A stretch of 64,000 bases of DNA, taken from positions 442-64,441 of the forward strand of contig JALSTP010000075.1 of NCBI GenBank assembly GCA_026983675.1. The letters are read 5' to 3'. The DNA is from Sedimenticola sp. GTDB taxonomy: Bacteria > Pseudomonadota > Gammaproteobacteria > Chromatiales > Chromatiaceae. This document shows, piece after piece, positions 39,835-49,163 of this stretch; within the stretch, counting starts at the first letter, position 1; every line of letters begins with the position of its first letter. Below the pieces are notes generated by a model. The model made no database searches. It saw only the letters and a program-made list of their open reading frames with translations, and was not told the DNA's origin. The translations under genes and the position numbers were made by a program.

Positions 39835-41439
39835 TTGAAAACTGATCTTCGCACCCTTTCAGGCAACGCACTGATCGTCGGCGTCGCTGTCGTTCTCGTG
39901 GTCTTCTTCAATTGGGCCTTCTTCCGGGGCGTCATCGACCTGTACCCGTTTACCCGGGCGAATGCGGGATTCCTGATCTCGCTGGCGATACTTCTCGCCT
40001 GCATCCACATCCTGTTGCTGGCCCTGGTGGGGCATCGCGTCATTCTCAAGCCGCTGGTCATCGTCGTGTTGCTGGTCGCGGCCACCGCGGCCTATTTCAT
40101 GGACAGCTATCATGTCGTCATCGACGACACCATGATCCACAACATGCTGCTCACCGATACCGGAGAGGCGCTGGATCTGTTCAGCGGGAAGCTGCTGCTC
40201 TACGTCGTGCTGCTGGGGGTCCTGCCCTCGCTCCTGATCTCCCGGGTGCGTATCGAGAAGCGCCCGCTTGGCGCCGCCCTTTTTTCGCGTCTGAAGTTGC
40301 TTGCCGGAACGTTGGTGGTAGCCGCCGCCTCCCTCTATCTCTTCAGCAGCCACTATGCATCCTTCTTTCGCGAACACAAGGCATTGCGTGCCTACGCCAA
40401 CCCGGTCTATCTCGTCTACTCGGCGGGGAAATACATGAAAGGGCGGATGAAGAAGGCGCTGCCGTTCCAGTCCATCGGCGGGGACGCGCACCTGGGAACG
40501 GGCGACGGGCGCAAGCGTTTGGTGATCTTTGTGGTGGGCGAGACTGCGCGTTTCGACCGCCTCTCCCTGAACGGCTACGGACGCGACACGACCCCCCGGT
40601 TGGAAAAGGAAGGGGTCATCAGCTTCGATAATGTCTGGTCCTGCGGCACCTCGACCGCCGTATCGGTTCCCTGCATGTTCTCTGTCTATGGCCGTGAGGC
40701 GTATGACCAGGAAAGGGTCCTCGCGACGGAAAATGTTCTCGATATCCTGCAACGCGCCGGGGTGGCGATCCTGTGGCGGGACAACAACTCCTCATCGAAG
40801 GGCGTGGCGAAACGGGTGCCTCATGAGGACTTCAAGACACCGGACAACAATCCGGTGTGCGACATCGAATGCCGGGACGAAGGGATGCTGGCCGGATTGC
40901 AGGCATACGTCGACCGCCATCAAGACCGCAACATCCTCATCGTGTTACACCAGATGGGCAATCACGGTCCGGCCTACTACAAACGCTATCCGCCCGCTTT
41001 TGAGCGCTTCAAACCTGTGTGCGGCACCAACCAGCTGGAAAAGTGCAGCACGCAGGAACTCGACAATGCGTATGACAATGCGATTCTCTACACGGACTAC
41101 TTTCTGTCGAAGGTCATCGGCTTCTTGAAGGCCAACGCGGGACGCTTCGAAACCGGGATGCTCTATGTCAGTGACCACGGGGAATCCCTGGGGGAGAATG
41201 GCCTCTATCTGCATGGTCTGCCTTATCTGTTTTCGCCGGAGAGCCAGCGCCATGTCCCGGCGCTGCTATGGCTGGCAAAAGGTTTCGACCATGTGAATGC
41301 AGCGCGTCTCCGGGAAAGCCGCCATCATCACTACTCACACGACAATATCTTCCACACCCTCCTGGGTCTGATGGGGGTGCAGACCCGCCTCTACAAGAAG
41401 GAGATGGACATGCTTGCCCCCGCCGTCGACAGCCGATAA
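39835..41439 (+). CDS. eptA: lipid A phosphoethanolamine transferase (EptA/MCR family)
   Basis: 5-TM N-terminal domain plus sulfatase-like domain: VVGETARFDRLSLNGY, CGTSTAVSVPCMFS, LHQMGNHGPAYYKRYP, YDNAILYTDYFL, SDHGESLGENGLYLHG. TTG start. Confidence 0.9.
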   Translation: MKTDLRTLSGNALIVGVAVVLVVFFNWAFFRGVIDLYPFTRANAGFLISLAILLACIHILLLALVGHRVILKPLVIVVLLVAATAAYFMDSYHVVIDDTMIHNMLLTDTGEALDLFSGKLLLYVVLLGVLPSLLISRVRIEKRPLGAALFSRLKLLAGTLVVAAASLYLFSSHYASFFREHKALRAYANPVYLVYSAGKYMKGRMKKALPFQSIGGDAHLGTGDGRKRLVIFVVGETARFDRLSLNGYGRDTTPRLEKEGVISFDNVWSCGTSTAVSVPCMFSVYGREAYDQERVLATENVLDILQRAGVAILWRDNNSSSKGVAKRVPHEDFKTPDNNPVCDIECRDEGMLAGLQAYVDRHQDRNILIVLHQMGNHGPAYYKRYPPAFERFKPVCGTNQLEKCSTQELDNAYDNAILYTDYFLSKVIGFLKANAGRFETGMLYVSDHGESLGENGLYLHGLPYLFSPESQRHVPALLWLAKGFDHVNAARLRESRHHHYSHDNIFHTLLGLMGVQTRLYKKEMDMLAPAVDSR

Positions 41440-41443
41440 TCGA

Positions 41444-41794
41444 TCATTCCTCGATATCGCCAACGGGCTTTGGCAGGCCCGCCAGTTTGGCCAGGGTGGG
41501 CACCGGCCCCTGGGGAAACAGCTTGTAGAGGAAATCGCGGTAGGCCTTGGCCTCCGGATAGGGCTTGCCATGGAAACGGCCGAGGGTCTTCACCCAATCG
41601 TGCATGGTGGGGTGGCGCATGTGGTCCTCGTAGAAGGTGCGGAAATAGTTGATCATCGCCCAATGGGTATCCGTGAGTTCGATGCCCTCCCGTTCGGCGA
41701 TGGCCTCGGCCACGCATTCGTCCCAATCATTGGGGTTGAGCAGGTAGCCCTCTTCGTCGGTTTCGATGGTTTTGTCGCCCAGTTTCATGTTCAT
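41444..41794 (-). CDS. TusE/DsrC/DsvC family protein lacking both conserved cysteines
   Basis: ETDEEGYLLNPNDWDECVAEAIAEREGIELTDTHWAMINYFRTFYEDH...LYKLFPQGPV..LAKLAGLPKPVGDIEE. The canonical C-terminus is ..AC.IAGLPKPTGCV. Confidence 0.8.
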   Translation of the reverse strand: MNMKLGDKTIETDEEGYLLNPNDWDECVAEAIAEREGIELTDTHWAMINYFRTFYEDHMRHPTMHDWVKTLGRFHGKPYPEAKAYRDFLYKLFPQGPVPTLAKLAGLPKPVGDIEE

Positions 41795-41843
41795 TGCGCT
41801 GTTCCTCCGTTCGGGTTCGTATTGGCATGTACCATGGAAAGGC

Positions 41844-42593
41844 TCATTCCCCCCGAGCGCCGGCCGGATCGACGGGTATCAGCTTATTGAGGACCTCAAC
41901 CACGCCGTTCACATACCAGGCATCGTATTCGGCCATGCGTTTCTGGGCGCCGGTGGGAATGCCCCCGGAGAGCGTGACCACGGCATGGTGACAGGCCACT
42001 GCCATATCGTTGTGATCGATCATGGGGTCTTTCTCCAGCACCAATTCCACCGCGTCCAGGATCTCGCCATCATTGTCTTCCTCCGGGGGGTCGACACGCA
42101 GATCATTCTTGACATCCGTGGAACCGGGCACCCACCAGGCGAGCACCTCGGCCAGGCGCCGGTGCGAGAGGCTGCGCACCACACCACCCAGGACGACCCG
42201 ATTGTCCTCCTCCACCGTGGCGATGATCTCGCCGGCCGCATTCGCCGGGTCGCGCGCCACCTCCTGTTCATCCTTGTGATTCACCGTCACGATCTTGTAA
42301 TCGCAGAAAACGGGTTCTTCATACAAGGCATCACGTACATGCTGCAGGCATTGGTCCTGACCCATGGGTTCGGCCATCCGCACCCGCAGTTGGTCGATGA
42401 CCTCGCGTACGCCGTCGACTTTGGATATGGCGATGAGCGCCCGGCGTTTCTCGATGATGTCCGCCACGGCGCCACCCAGGGTCACGACATCGCCTTCCAC
42501 CTCGATATGAAACTCATCGTGATGGGTATTGACGTGGGGGTCGACTTCCAGTGCTGCGCGGATTCTTTTTATCAGTGCCTGGTTTTGGGTCAT
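41844..42593 (-). CDS. BON-domain protein (three BON-like repeats, no signal peptide seen)
   Basis: Repeated pattern ...V.V..G.VTL.G.V......A......V.GV..V.N.L..., for example IEVEGDVVTLGGAV...KVDGVREVIDQL and HAVVTLSGGI...VNGVVEVLNKL. Confidence 0.7.
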   Translation of the reverse strand: MTQNQALIKRIRAALEVDPHVNTHHDEFHIEVEGDVVTLGGAVADIIEKRRALIAISKVDGVREVIDQLRVRMAEPMGQDQCLQHVRDALYEEPVFCDYKIVTVNHKDEQEVARDPANAAGEIIATVEEDNRVVLGGVVRSLSHRRLAEVLAWWVPGSTDVKNDLRVDPPEEDNDGEILDAVELVLEKDPMIDHNDMAVACHHAVVTLSGGIPTGAQKRMAEYDAWYVNGVVEVLNKLIPVDPAGARGE

Positions 42594-42685
42594 GGATCGG
42601 TACTCCTGGGTTGGGTTGCGTATACTGGCAAGGTGGGGTGCATGGCGCGGGAATCAAGGTCTCTTCACCCGTTTGGACACAAAGA

Positions 42686-43954
42686 ATGGCGATGACCGAT
42701 ATCGAACTCTTCAGCCGCCTGGGCATGGCGCTTGCCGCAGGTATGCTGATTGGCTTGGAGCGGGGCTGGCATGAGCGCGTGGCGGACCGCGCCCACGGCG
42801 AGCAGGTGGCGGGTATCCGGACCTTTGGCATCATTGCCCTGCTTGGCGCGGTGACTCTGCTGGTGGGTGCGGGGGCGCTGGTACTATCCGGTCTCGTCTT
42901 TCTCGGTCTGGCGATGGTGCTCGGGGTGAACCACGTCCTGGCGGTGCAGGCCGACCGTGATTTCGGGATCACCACAGTGATCGCCGGATTGGTCACCTAT
43001 GTTCTCGGCGCGGTGGCCATGAAGGGGTACCTGAACGTCGCCGCGTCCGTGGCGGTGGTGATGGCCACGATACTCAGCCTGAAGCCCGTGCTGCACCGTT
43101 GGGAGGCGCGTCTCGACCGCAAGGAGTTGTTCGCGACTTTCCAGCTTTTACTCATCTCGGTGGTGATGCTGCCGGTGTTGCCGGATCGCGGCTTCGGTCC
43201 CTGGTCGGCGCTCAATCCCTATGAACTCTGGTGGATGGTGGTCCTCATCGCCGCCATCTCCTATGTGGGTTATTTCGGGGTGAAGATCGCCGGACCTTCG
43301 CGCGGTCTGGGGATTACGGGACTGCTGGGCGGCATGGTCTCTTCCACCGCCGTCGCCCTCGACTTCTCCCGCCTGGCCCGTGAGGAGAGCGGAATGCACC
43401 GGTACCTGGCAATGGGTATCCTGGTGGCCTGCGCCACCATGTTTCCTCGCATCCTGCTGGTCTCGGTGTTGATCCACCCGCCCACTGCCCTGGCCATGAC
43501 CCCCTCTCTGGGCGCCATGGCGCTGTTCTGCTACGCCTGGGCCATCGTATTGTGGCGCCGCGCCGGCGCCAGCCATCCCGATGTGGAGGCGACAGGACTG
43601 CGCAACCCCTTCGAGATCCGCATGGCGCTGGCCTTCGGGCTGCTTCTCGCCGTCATCGTCGTGTTGAGCCATGCCCTCAAGCAGTGGCTGGGAGACGCGG
43701 GCGTCTATCTGCTTGCCGCGGTGTCCGGATTGAGCGACGTGGATGCGATCAACGTCTCGTTGTCGCGCATGGCCGGGGGCGAGGGGTTGGCGGTGAGCGT
43801 CGCGGCCCATGGCGTGATCGTGGCGGCGATGGTGAATACCTTGGTCAAGGCCGGCATCACCGCGGTGCTGGGTGGCCGGCGCTTTGCCCTGGAGACGGGT
43901 GTCCCGCTGTTGATCGCCCTTGGCGTGGGGGCGCTGGTACTGGTGATGGCCTGA
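42686..43954 (+). CDS. MgtC/SapB-family plus DUF4010 integral membrane protein
   Basis: N-terminus LGMALAAGMLIGLERGW (MgtC-type), followed by many TM helices. Confidence 0.7.
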   Translation: MAMTDIELFSRLGMALAAGMLIGLERGWHERVADRAHGEQVAGIRTFGIIALLGAVTLLVGAGALVLSGLVFLGLAMVLGVNHVLAVQADRDFGITTVIAGLVTYVLGAVAMKGYLNVAASVAVVMATILSLKPVLHRWEARLDRKELFATFQLLLISVVMLPVLPDRGFGPWSALNPYELWWMVVLIAAISYVGYFGVKIAGPSRGLGITGLLGGMVSSTAVALDFSRLAREESGMHRYLAMGILVACATMFPRILLVSVLIHPPTALAMTPSLGAMALFCYAWAIVLWRRAGASHPDVEATGLRNPFEIRMALAFGLLLAVIVVLSHALKQWLGDAGVYLLAAVSGLSDVDAINVSLSRMAGGEGLAVSVAAHGVIVAAMVNTLVKAGITAVLGGRRFALETGVPLLIALGVGALVLVMA

Positions 43955-43959
43955 TGGAA

Positions 43960-44625
43960 CTACAGGCGCCCCTCCACGGAGAGATGGCGGTCGCTGATCT
44001 CTTGAACCCGCAGATGTCCGAGCCCGTGGCGGCGCAACTGCGCCTCCACCTCCGCCGGTTCATAAGCGGCGAACAGAGAGTTGCGGAAGTCGTTGCGCAG
44101 CACCTCCGGAGCATCGGCGGCATAGGTGGCCACCAGCGCATCGACAGCGTCCGCGTCGGCAGGGCGCGCCAGATCCATGACCAGGACGGTGGCGCCGGGG
44201 CGGGCGCAGTGTCTCAGGGTCCGCCACATCACATCGGGGTCGGACAAATGGTGCAGCAGGCTGTTGGAGAGCAGGATGTCGAAGCCCTCCCGCGGCAAGC
44301 TGGAAGAGGGCAGGCGCAGGCATTCCAGCCGGATGCGGCCGCGCAGATCCGGATCCCCCTCCAAGGCGCAGCGGGCATGGCTCAGCATGGCCTCGGCGCC
44401 GTCGATGGCGGTGATATGGCAGTCGGGGTAGCGCCGGGCGAAGGCGAGGGTGATATCGCCCGGTCCACATCCCAGGTCCAATACCCGCGCGCCAGTGGGC
44501 GGTGATGGATCAAGGCGGGCAAAGCGATCCAGGAAGAGCCCATTGGCCTCACTGAAATCGGCCTCGGCATAGGCATGCGCCTGGGCCGGATCGTCCATCA
44601 GCTCGGGTTCCGGAACGCGCCTCAC
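43960..44625 (-). CDS. class I SAM-dependent methyltransferase
   Basis: VLDLGCGPGD motif I. Its start overlaps the lysA stop. Confidence 0.8.
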   Translation of the reverse strand: MRRVPEPELMDDPAQAHAYAEADFSEANGLFLDRFARLDPSPPTGARVLDLGCGPGDITLAFARRYPDCHITAIDGAEAMLSHARCALEGDPDLRGRIRLECLRLPSSSLPREGFDILLSNSLLHHLSDPDVMWRTLRHCARPGATVLVMDLARPADADAVDALVATYAADAPEVLRNDFRNSLFAAYEPAEVEAQLRRHGLGHLRVQEISDRHLSVEGRL

Positions 44626-45869
44626 GGTAACAGCGACTCGCCCGCGTAGAGGTCCTCGATGCGTTCCCGCTGGCGTACGACGATCATCCGGTCACGGTCC
44701 ACCATCACCTCCGCCGCCCGCGGCCGCGAGTTGTAGTTGGAACTCATGGTGAAGCCATAGGCGCCGCTGGAACGTACTGCCAGCAGATCGCCGGGGCGCA
44801 ATGCAAGCTCGCGGTCCTTGCCAAGAAAGTCGCCGGTCTCGCAGACCGGCCCTACGATGTCGTACAGCAGACGGGGCGCCTCGCTGCCGAGTTCCACCGG
44901 CACGATCTCCTGGGTCGCCTGATAGAGGGCCGGCCGCAGCAGGTCGTTCATGGCGGCGTCGACGATGGCGAAGTTCTTGTGTGGCGTGGGCTTCAAATAC
45001 TCCACGCGGGTGAGCAGCACGCCTGCGTTGCCGGCGATGGCGCGGCCTGGCTCGATGAGGATTTCGCACGGCAGGCTGCCCAGCCGGTCGTGGATGGCAA
45101 CGGCATAGGCGGTCGGGTCCGGCGGCACCTCGTCGGTATAGCGGATGCCGAGCCCGCCGCCGAGATCCAGGTGACGGATGGTGATGCCCATGCGTTCCAG
45201 ATCGGCCGCCAGATCCATGACCCGCCCCAGGGCATCGAGGAAAGGGGCGTTCTCGGTGAGTTGGGAGCCGATATGGCAGTCGATGCCCTCGATGCGGATG
45301 TTCGACATCCCGGCGGCGCGCCGATACACCTCGCGCGCCGCATGGATATCGATGCCGAATTTGTTCTCCCTCAGCCCGGTGGAGATGTAGGGATGAGTGC
45401 CGGCGTCCACGTCCGGGTTGACCCGCAGCGAGACCGGCGCCTGGGTGCGGAGTCCCTTGGCCACTTCGTTCAGCCGTTCCAGTTCCGCCTCCGATTCCAC
45501 GTTGAAGCAGCGTATCCCCGCCTCCAGGGCGCGACGCATCTCGTCCGCGCGCTTGCCCACGCCGGAAAAGACCACCTTGGCAGGATCGCCACCCGCCGCC
45601 AGCACCCGCTCCAGCTCCCCCACCGAGACGATATCGAACCCTGAACCGAGCCGTGCCAGAACGTTCAGCACCGCCAGATTGGAGTTGGCCTTCACCGCAA
45701 AGCAGATCAGATGGGCACGCGCGCCGAAGGCCCGGTCGAAGGCATGCCAGTGGCGCTCCAAGGTAGCGCGGGAATAGATATAGCAGGGGGTGCCATGCGC
45801 CTCGGCGATGGCGGTCAGCGGCACCTCTTCGGCGTGCAGGGTATCGTCCAGATAGTTGAAATAGTCCAT
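44622..45869 (-). CDS. lysA: diaminopimelate decarboxylase
   Basis: GTPCYIYSRATLERHW...FAVKANSNLAVL...LDLGGGLGI...CETGD...SSGAYGF. The start is taken at ATG 45869. Confidence 0.95.
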   Translation of the reverse strand: MDYFNYLDDTLHAEEVPLTAIAEAHGTPCYIYSRATLERHWHAFDRAFGARAHLICFAVKANSNLAVLNVLARLGSGFDIVSVGELERVLAAGGDPAKVVFSGVGKRADEMRRALEAGIRCFNVESEAELERLNEVAKGLRTQAPVSLRVNPDVDAGTHPYISTGLRENKFGIDIHAAREVYRRAAGMSNIRIEGIDCHIGSQLTENAPFLDALGRVMDLAADLERMGITIRHLDLGGGLGIRYTDEVPPDPTAYAVAIHDRLGSLPCEILIEPGRAIAGNAGVLLTRVEYLKPTPHKNFAIVDAAMNDLLRPALYQATQEIVPVELGSEAPRLLYDIVGPVCETGDFLGKDRELALRPGDLLAVRSSGAYGFTMSSNYNSRPRAAEVMVDRDRMIVVRQRERIEDLYAGESLLP

Positions 45870-45870
45870 T

Positions 45871-46014
45871 TCAGCGCGTCTGCTCCTTTTTGTCGGGGTG
45901 TTTGTCGGGGAGATAGAGATCGCCCTTCTGGCCGCAGGCGGCAAGGGTGAGGGAGGCTCCCAGCAGCAGGAGAGTCAGCAGACGCAGCGGAAAGGCGGGT
46001 GGAGACACAGGCAT
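45871..46014 (-). CDS. lptM: small lipoprotein LptM/YifL-like (47 aa; below the ORF-track size cut-off)
   Basis: My translation: MPVSPPAFPLRLLTLLLLGASLTLAACGQKGDLYLPDKHPDKKEQTR. It has the lipobox LAAC and the GQKG-LYLP signature, and its stop lies 1 nt before the lysA start. Confidence 0.8.
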   Translation of the reverse strand: MPVSPPAFPLRLLTLLLLGASLTLAACGQKGDLYLPDKHPDKKEQTR

Positions 46015-46089
46015 GCACCAAAGGGGTCTGTTTGCAGAAAGGGACATCGGTCCGGCGAAACGTTTGGCGCAAGTATAAACGTTAAGAGA

Positions 46090-48279
46090 CTATCTGAGTA
46101 CCAGGGCCTGCAAGGGGCTGTCGTCTGGCAAGGGGGTGGAAAGCACCAGCGGCGCGGGCCGATGGGCGGGTTCCCGGAGGTCGTCGAGCAGTTCTTCGAG
46201 TTGGTGGAAACGCAGCCAGAAGTGGCCGCGGCCGCCCCACTGGATCAGGTAGAAGGCATCGCCGATCTCGCAGACGAAGCGGCTTCCGCTGTCCCGCATG
46301 AAGGCCGCAGCCGCCTGAGTGAAGAGTGCCGTCACGCGTTGACCGATCAGCGGCCCCTTGAGCGACGAGAAACAGTGGGCGGATATCCTGGGGGACGGCG
46401 CGTCGGCCCGCGGATCCAGCGTGGTGAGGGTATTGCATAGCGCGTCCAGCAGACCCTCGGTCCCTTCATAGCGTCGCACCAGCCATTCCCCCCAACTGGT
46501 CAGGGTGAGTTGTTCGAGACTGTGTACCAGGTTGGTATGGCTCGAACTGAAGCTCAGGGGATCGCAGCGGTTGCTGGTGAGCTGCTTGTCCTCGCGGACC
46601 AGCGTTTCCATCGGGTCGTGGCCGATGTTGACGAAAAGGGCGCAGGCGCACAGGTGCGGCGGCTGTTCCAGCTCGGCCGCGGTGTTCCCGCCGCCGTTCG
46701 GGGTCGGCAGGATTTCGGCCAAGGTCCGCTGCAGGGCGTGCAACTCGGTCGCGCCGGGACCGCGTTCCGGCGGACGTATGACGAAACGGGTCTTGCTGCT
46801 GGCCACCGTGTTGAGATGACACCAGGCCAGCGTTTCGATGAGTCCGGTGAAGACCCTGAGGGGGGTGGCGTCGGTGACCTGATCCCCATCGAGCTTTCCC
46901 GGGTAGAGCCGCCAAAGGTCATCTTCCCCAGGCGCCAGGGTGAGCTCTGGCGCATGCAGGTTGCCGGAGATACCAGGGTTGATGAGGTCCACCTTGCCGC
47001 GACGTTGTTCAAGGGTGGTGTAGAGCCTGCGGCCGAGCAGGCCGAGACGCCGCCGCGCCGTGCCCTGGCGGTCATCCAGAGTGCGGGCGAATGCCTGCAA
47101 GAGGCGATAACCATTGGAGATCTCCTGGCCCAGGTTGTTGTGTTCCCCCAGCACGCGGTGGATCTTCCAGTGCGGACGGGCATCGAGCAAGGCAAGCCGT
47201 CTGCCATCCCAACCCCAGGATTGCACCAGCGCCGCCATGGTGTCCTCGCGCCAGCCACGGCGGCCGGGCTGGCTCAGGCGCACGCCGCTTCGAAAATAGA
47301 GGGCGCGGCGCAGCAGCTCCAGGCGATGGGGCTGGCCGAGGGCTTCGAGTTGGGTCTCCAGGCAGCGGTAGAGCAGCAGACTGGGGTCCAGGTCATCCAC
47401 CTGGCCGTCGCCGCTGTAGACCGCCCGTTTCATCTCTCTGGCGGGCCATTGGGGATGTGGGGCATCGCGCAGCCAGGTGCTGGCGAGCAGGAGTTCGGGC
47501 AGGGCCTCGTAGGGCCGGTCGACGGCCGTGTCGAGGGCCTGCAGCGCGGTGTGGAACAGGGCCTCCGGGGGACAGGATTCGAGGCTGCCAAAGTCGAGGC
47601 AATCCTCAGGCGAAACGAACCGGTGTTCGATCAGCATCCGGGTGTAGTCATCGTACTCCGCATCGTGCTCCGGCGGAACGAACCACCACAGCGGTGGCCG
47701 TCCCGCCAGTAGCAGGCCGTTGCGATAGAACGTCTCTGGCAGCGGAAGGGCCGGTTGTCGCGCGTCGCGGAGTTCGGCGGGATGCAGCGTCCGTATGCGC
47801 ACTTCCATTTGCAGTTCGTGGCCCCATTCACCGATACGGGCGCATTTCTGTTTCAGCTCATCCAGCGCTGTTGCATCGACTTCCGGCGCGTGGCACAGCC
47901 AAAGGTCGAGCCGCTGCGGGTGGGATTCGCCAATACTGCCGTTGCCGCTGATCAGATAGAGGGCGTGGATCAACGGCCGTTTCAGCGCCTGGCGGCGGTA
48001 GCGGAAGGTGTGGCTCAGGTGCTGGGCGGCGTCCAGGGTATCGCGCGAGGGATGATATCCGTCGATGCCCGAGGCGGTTTCGGTGGAGACGAAGCCGGGC
48101 AACAAGGGGTGGTTGATGTGGAACAACAACGGCAGGAGGCGGACCAGGATCCGCTGGCGGGACGGCAAGTCGTCAAGGATCCGTTGCAGACGCGCGTTCT
48201 GGAGCGTGGAGAAACGTCGCCGGATGGCGTCGAGTTCCTTGCGGCCTATGCCGTCCTCCAGGGTAAGGGCTTGGGCCAT
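46090..48279 (-). CDS. cyaA: class I adenylate cyclase
   Basis: RFSTLQNARLQRILDDLPSRQRILVRLLPLLFHINHPLLPGFV resembles the enterobacterial CyaA N-terminus. At 729 aa it is shorter than the ~850 aa I recall for E. coli CyaA. Confidence 0.88.
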   Translation of the reverse strand: MAQALTLEDGIGRKELDAIRRRFSTLQNARLQRILDDLPSRQRILVRLLPLLFHINHPLLPGFVSTETASGIDGYHPSRDTLDAAQHLSHTFRYRRQALKRPLIHALYLISGNGSIGESHPQRLDLWLCHAPEVDATALDELKQKCARIGEWGHELQMEVRIRTLHPAELRDARQPALPLPETFYRNGLLLAGRPPLWWFVPPEHDAEYDDYTRMLIEHRFVSPEDCLDFGSLESCPPEALFHTALQALDTAVDRPYEALPELLLASTWLRDAPHPQWPAREMKRAVYSGDGQVDDLDPSLLLYRCLETQLEALGQPHRLELLRRALYFRSGVRLSQPGRRGWREDTMAALVQSWGWDGRRLALLDARPHWKIHRVLGEHNNLGQEISNGYRLLQAFARTLDDRQGTARRRLGLLGRRLYTTLEQRRGKVDLINPGISGNLHAPELTLAPGEDDLWRLYPGKLDGDQVTDATPLRVFTGLIETLAWCHLNTVASSKTRFVIRPPERGPGATELHALQRTLAEILPTPNGGGNTAAELEQPPHLCACALFVNIGHDPMETLVREDKQLTSNRCDPLSFSSSHTNLVHSLEQLTLTSWGEWLVRRYEGTEGLLDALCNTLTTLDPRADAPSPRISAHCFSSLKGPLIGQRVTALFTQAAAAFMRDSGSRFVCEIGDAFYLIQWGGRGHFWLRFHQLEELLDDLREPAHRPAPLVLSTPLPDDSPLQALVLR

Positions 48280-48286
48280 GCGCCGG

Positions 48287-49105
48287 TCAGGCGGTGGGAG
48301 CCGCCAGCATCTGGTCCAGTGCCCGCTGGATCAGGCGCCGCGGATCGTCGCCCTTTTCCCAAGAGGCGAATCCAGCCTGGGTGGAGAGCGCAAGGGAAAC
48401 GCCCTGCCGGGTCTCGATGGCGGTGATCGATTCCTGGACCCCGATCAGGACATCGTTGCCGGCCTCCCTGCGCGTCTCTGGCAGGATGATGAGGAAATGC
48501 TCATCGTCGTAGCGGCCGATGATGTCCGCCCAGCGCAGGCGGTCGCGCAGCGTCTGGCTGACGGCCAGCATCGCCTCGTCCGACAACGGCGTGTCGTTGG
48601 CTTCACGGACCCGCATGAGGATGATCATCAGCGGGTTCTGGTAGCGGCGGCTGCGTGTCACCTGTTCCTCGAGGGCATGCACCAGCGCCCGGCGGTTGAG
48701 CACCCCGGTCACCGGATCGCGGGTGGAGAGCGCCTCCACCCGGGCCCGCAGCTCGTCACGCTGCCGCTGCAGCTCCACCTGGGCGGTGATCTCCTGATAG
48801 AAATGGAGGTGGACGGGTGCATGCTCGCGGGTCCGGGCCTCGGCCGTCGTGCACTTCAGCCAGCGTTCTTCCCCGTTGTCGTCGTTGATCTGCACCAGCG
48901 GGTCACCGTCGAACAGCGCCACATGGTCGGGCAGGCGCGTCCGGTCCGCATGGATCAGGGACTCGCGCTGCATGCCAAGCATTGTTGCCAGTGCCCTGTT
49001 GGCCCAAAGGGCGCGTCGCTCCCGGTCGAGTACCAGCACCCCGCTGGGGCACTGGTCGAGCCAGTCGATATCGAAGATTTCGAGGCGTTCGGTTTGATCT
49101 GACAT
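48287..49105 (-). CDS. PAS-like / degenerate GGDEF domain protein
   Basis: GGDEF-domain scaffold (DPVTGVLNRRAL...RRYQNPLMIILM...DIIGRYDDEHFLIILPET), but the signature GG(D/E)EF is replaced by YDDEH. Its stop lies 8 nt before the cyaA start. Confidence 0.75.
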   Translation of the reverse strand: MSDQTERLEIFDIDWLDQCPSGVLVLDRERRALWANRALATMLGMQRESLIHADRTRLPDHVALFDGDPLVQINDDNGEERWLKCTTAEARTREHAPVHLHFYQEITAQVELQRQRDELRARVEALSTRDPVTGVLNRRALVHALEEQVTRSRRYQNPLMIILMRVREANDTPLSDEAMLAVSQTLRDRLRWADIIGRYDDEHFLIILPETRREAGNDVLIGVQESITAIETRQGVSLALSTQAGFASWEKGDDPRRLIQRALDQMLAAPTA

Positions 49106-49163
49106 GGTCGTTCCAGTGGGTTTCTCTATTAGGTCTCTCTATATTGTCGGTCTCAAAACGAGA

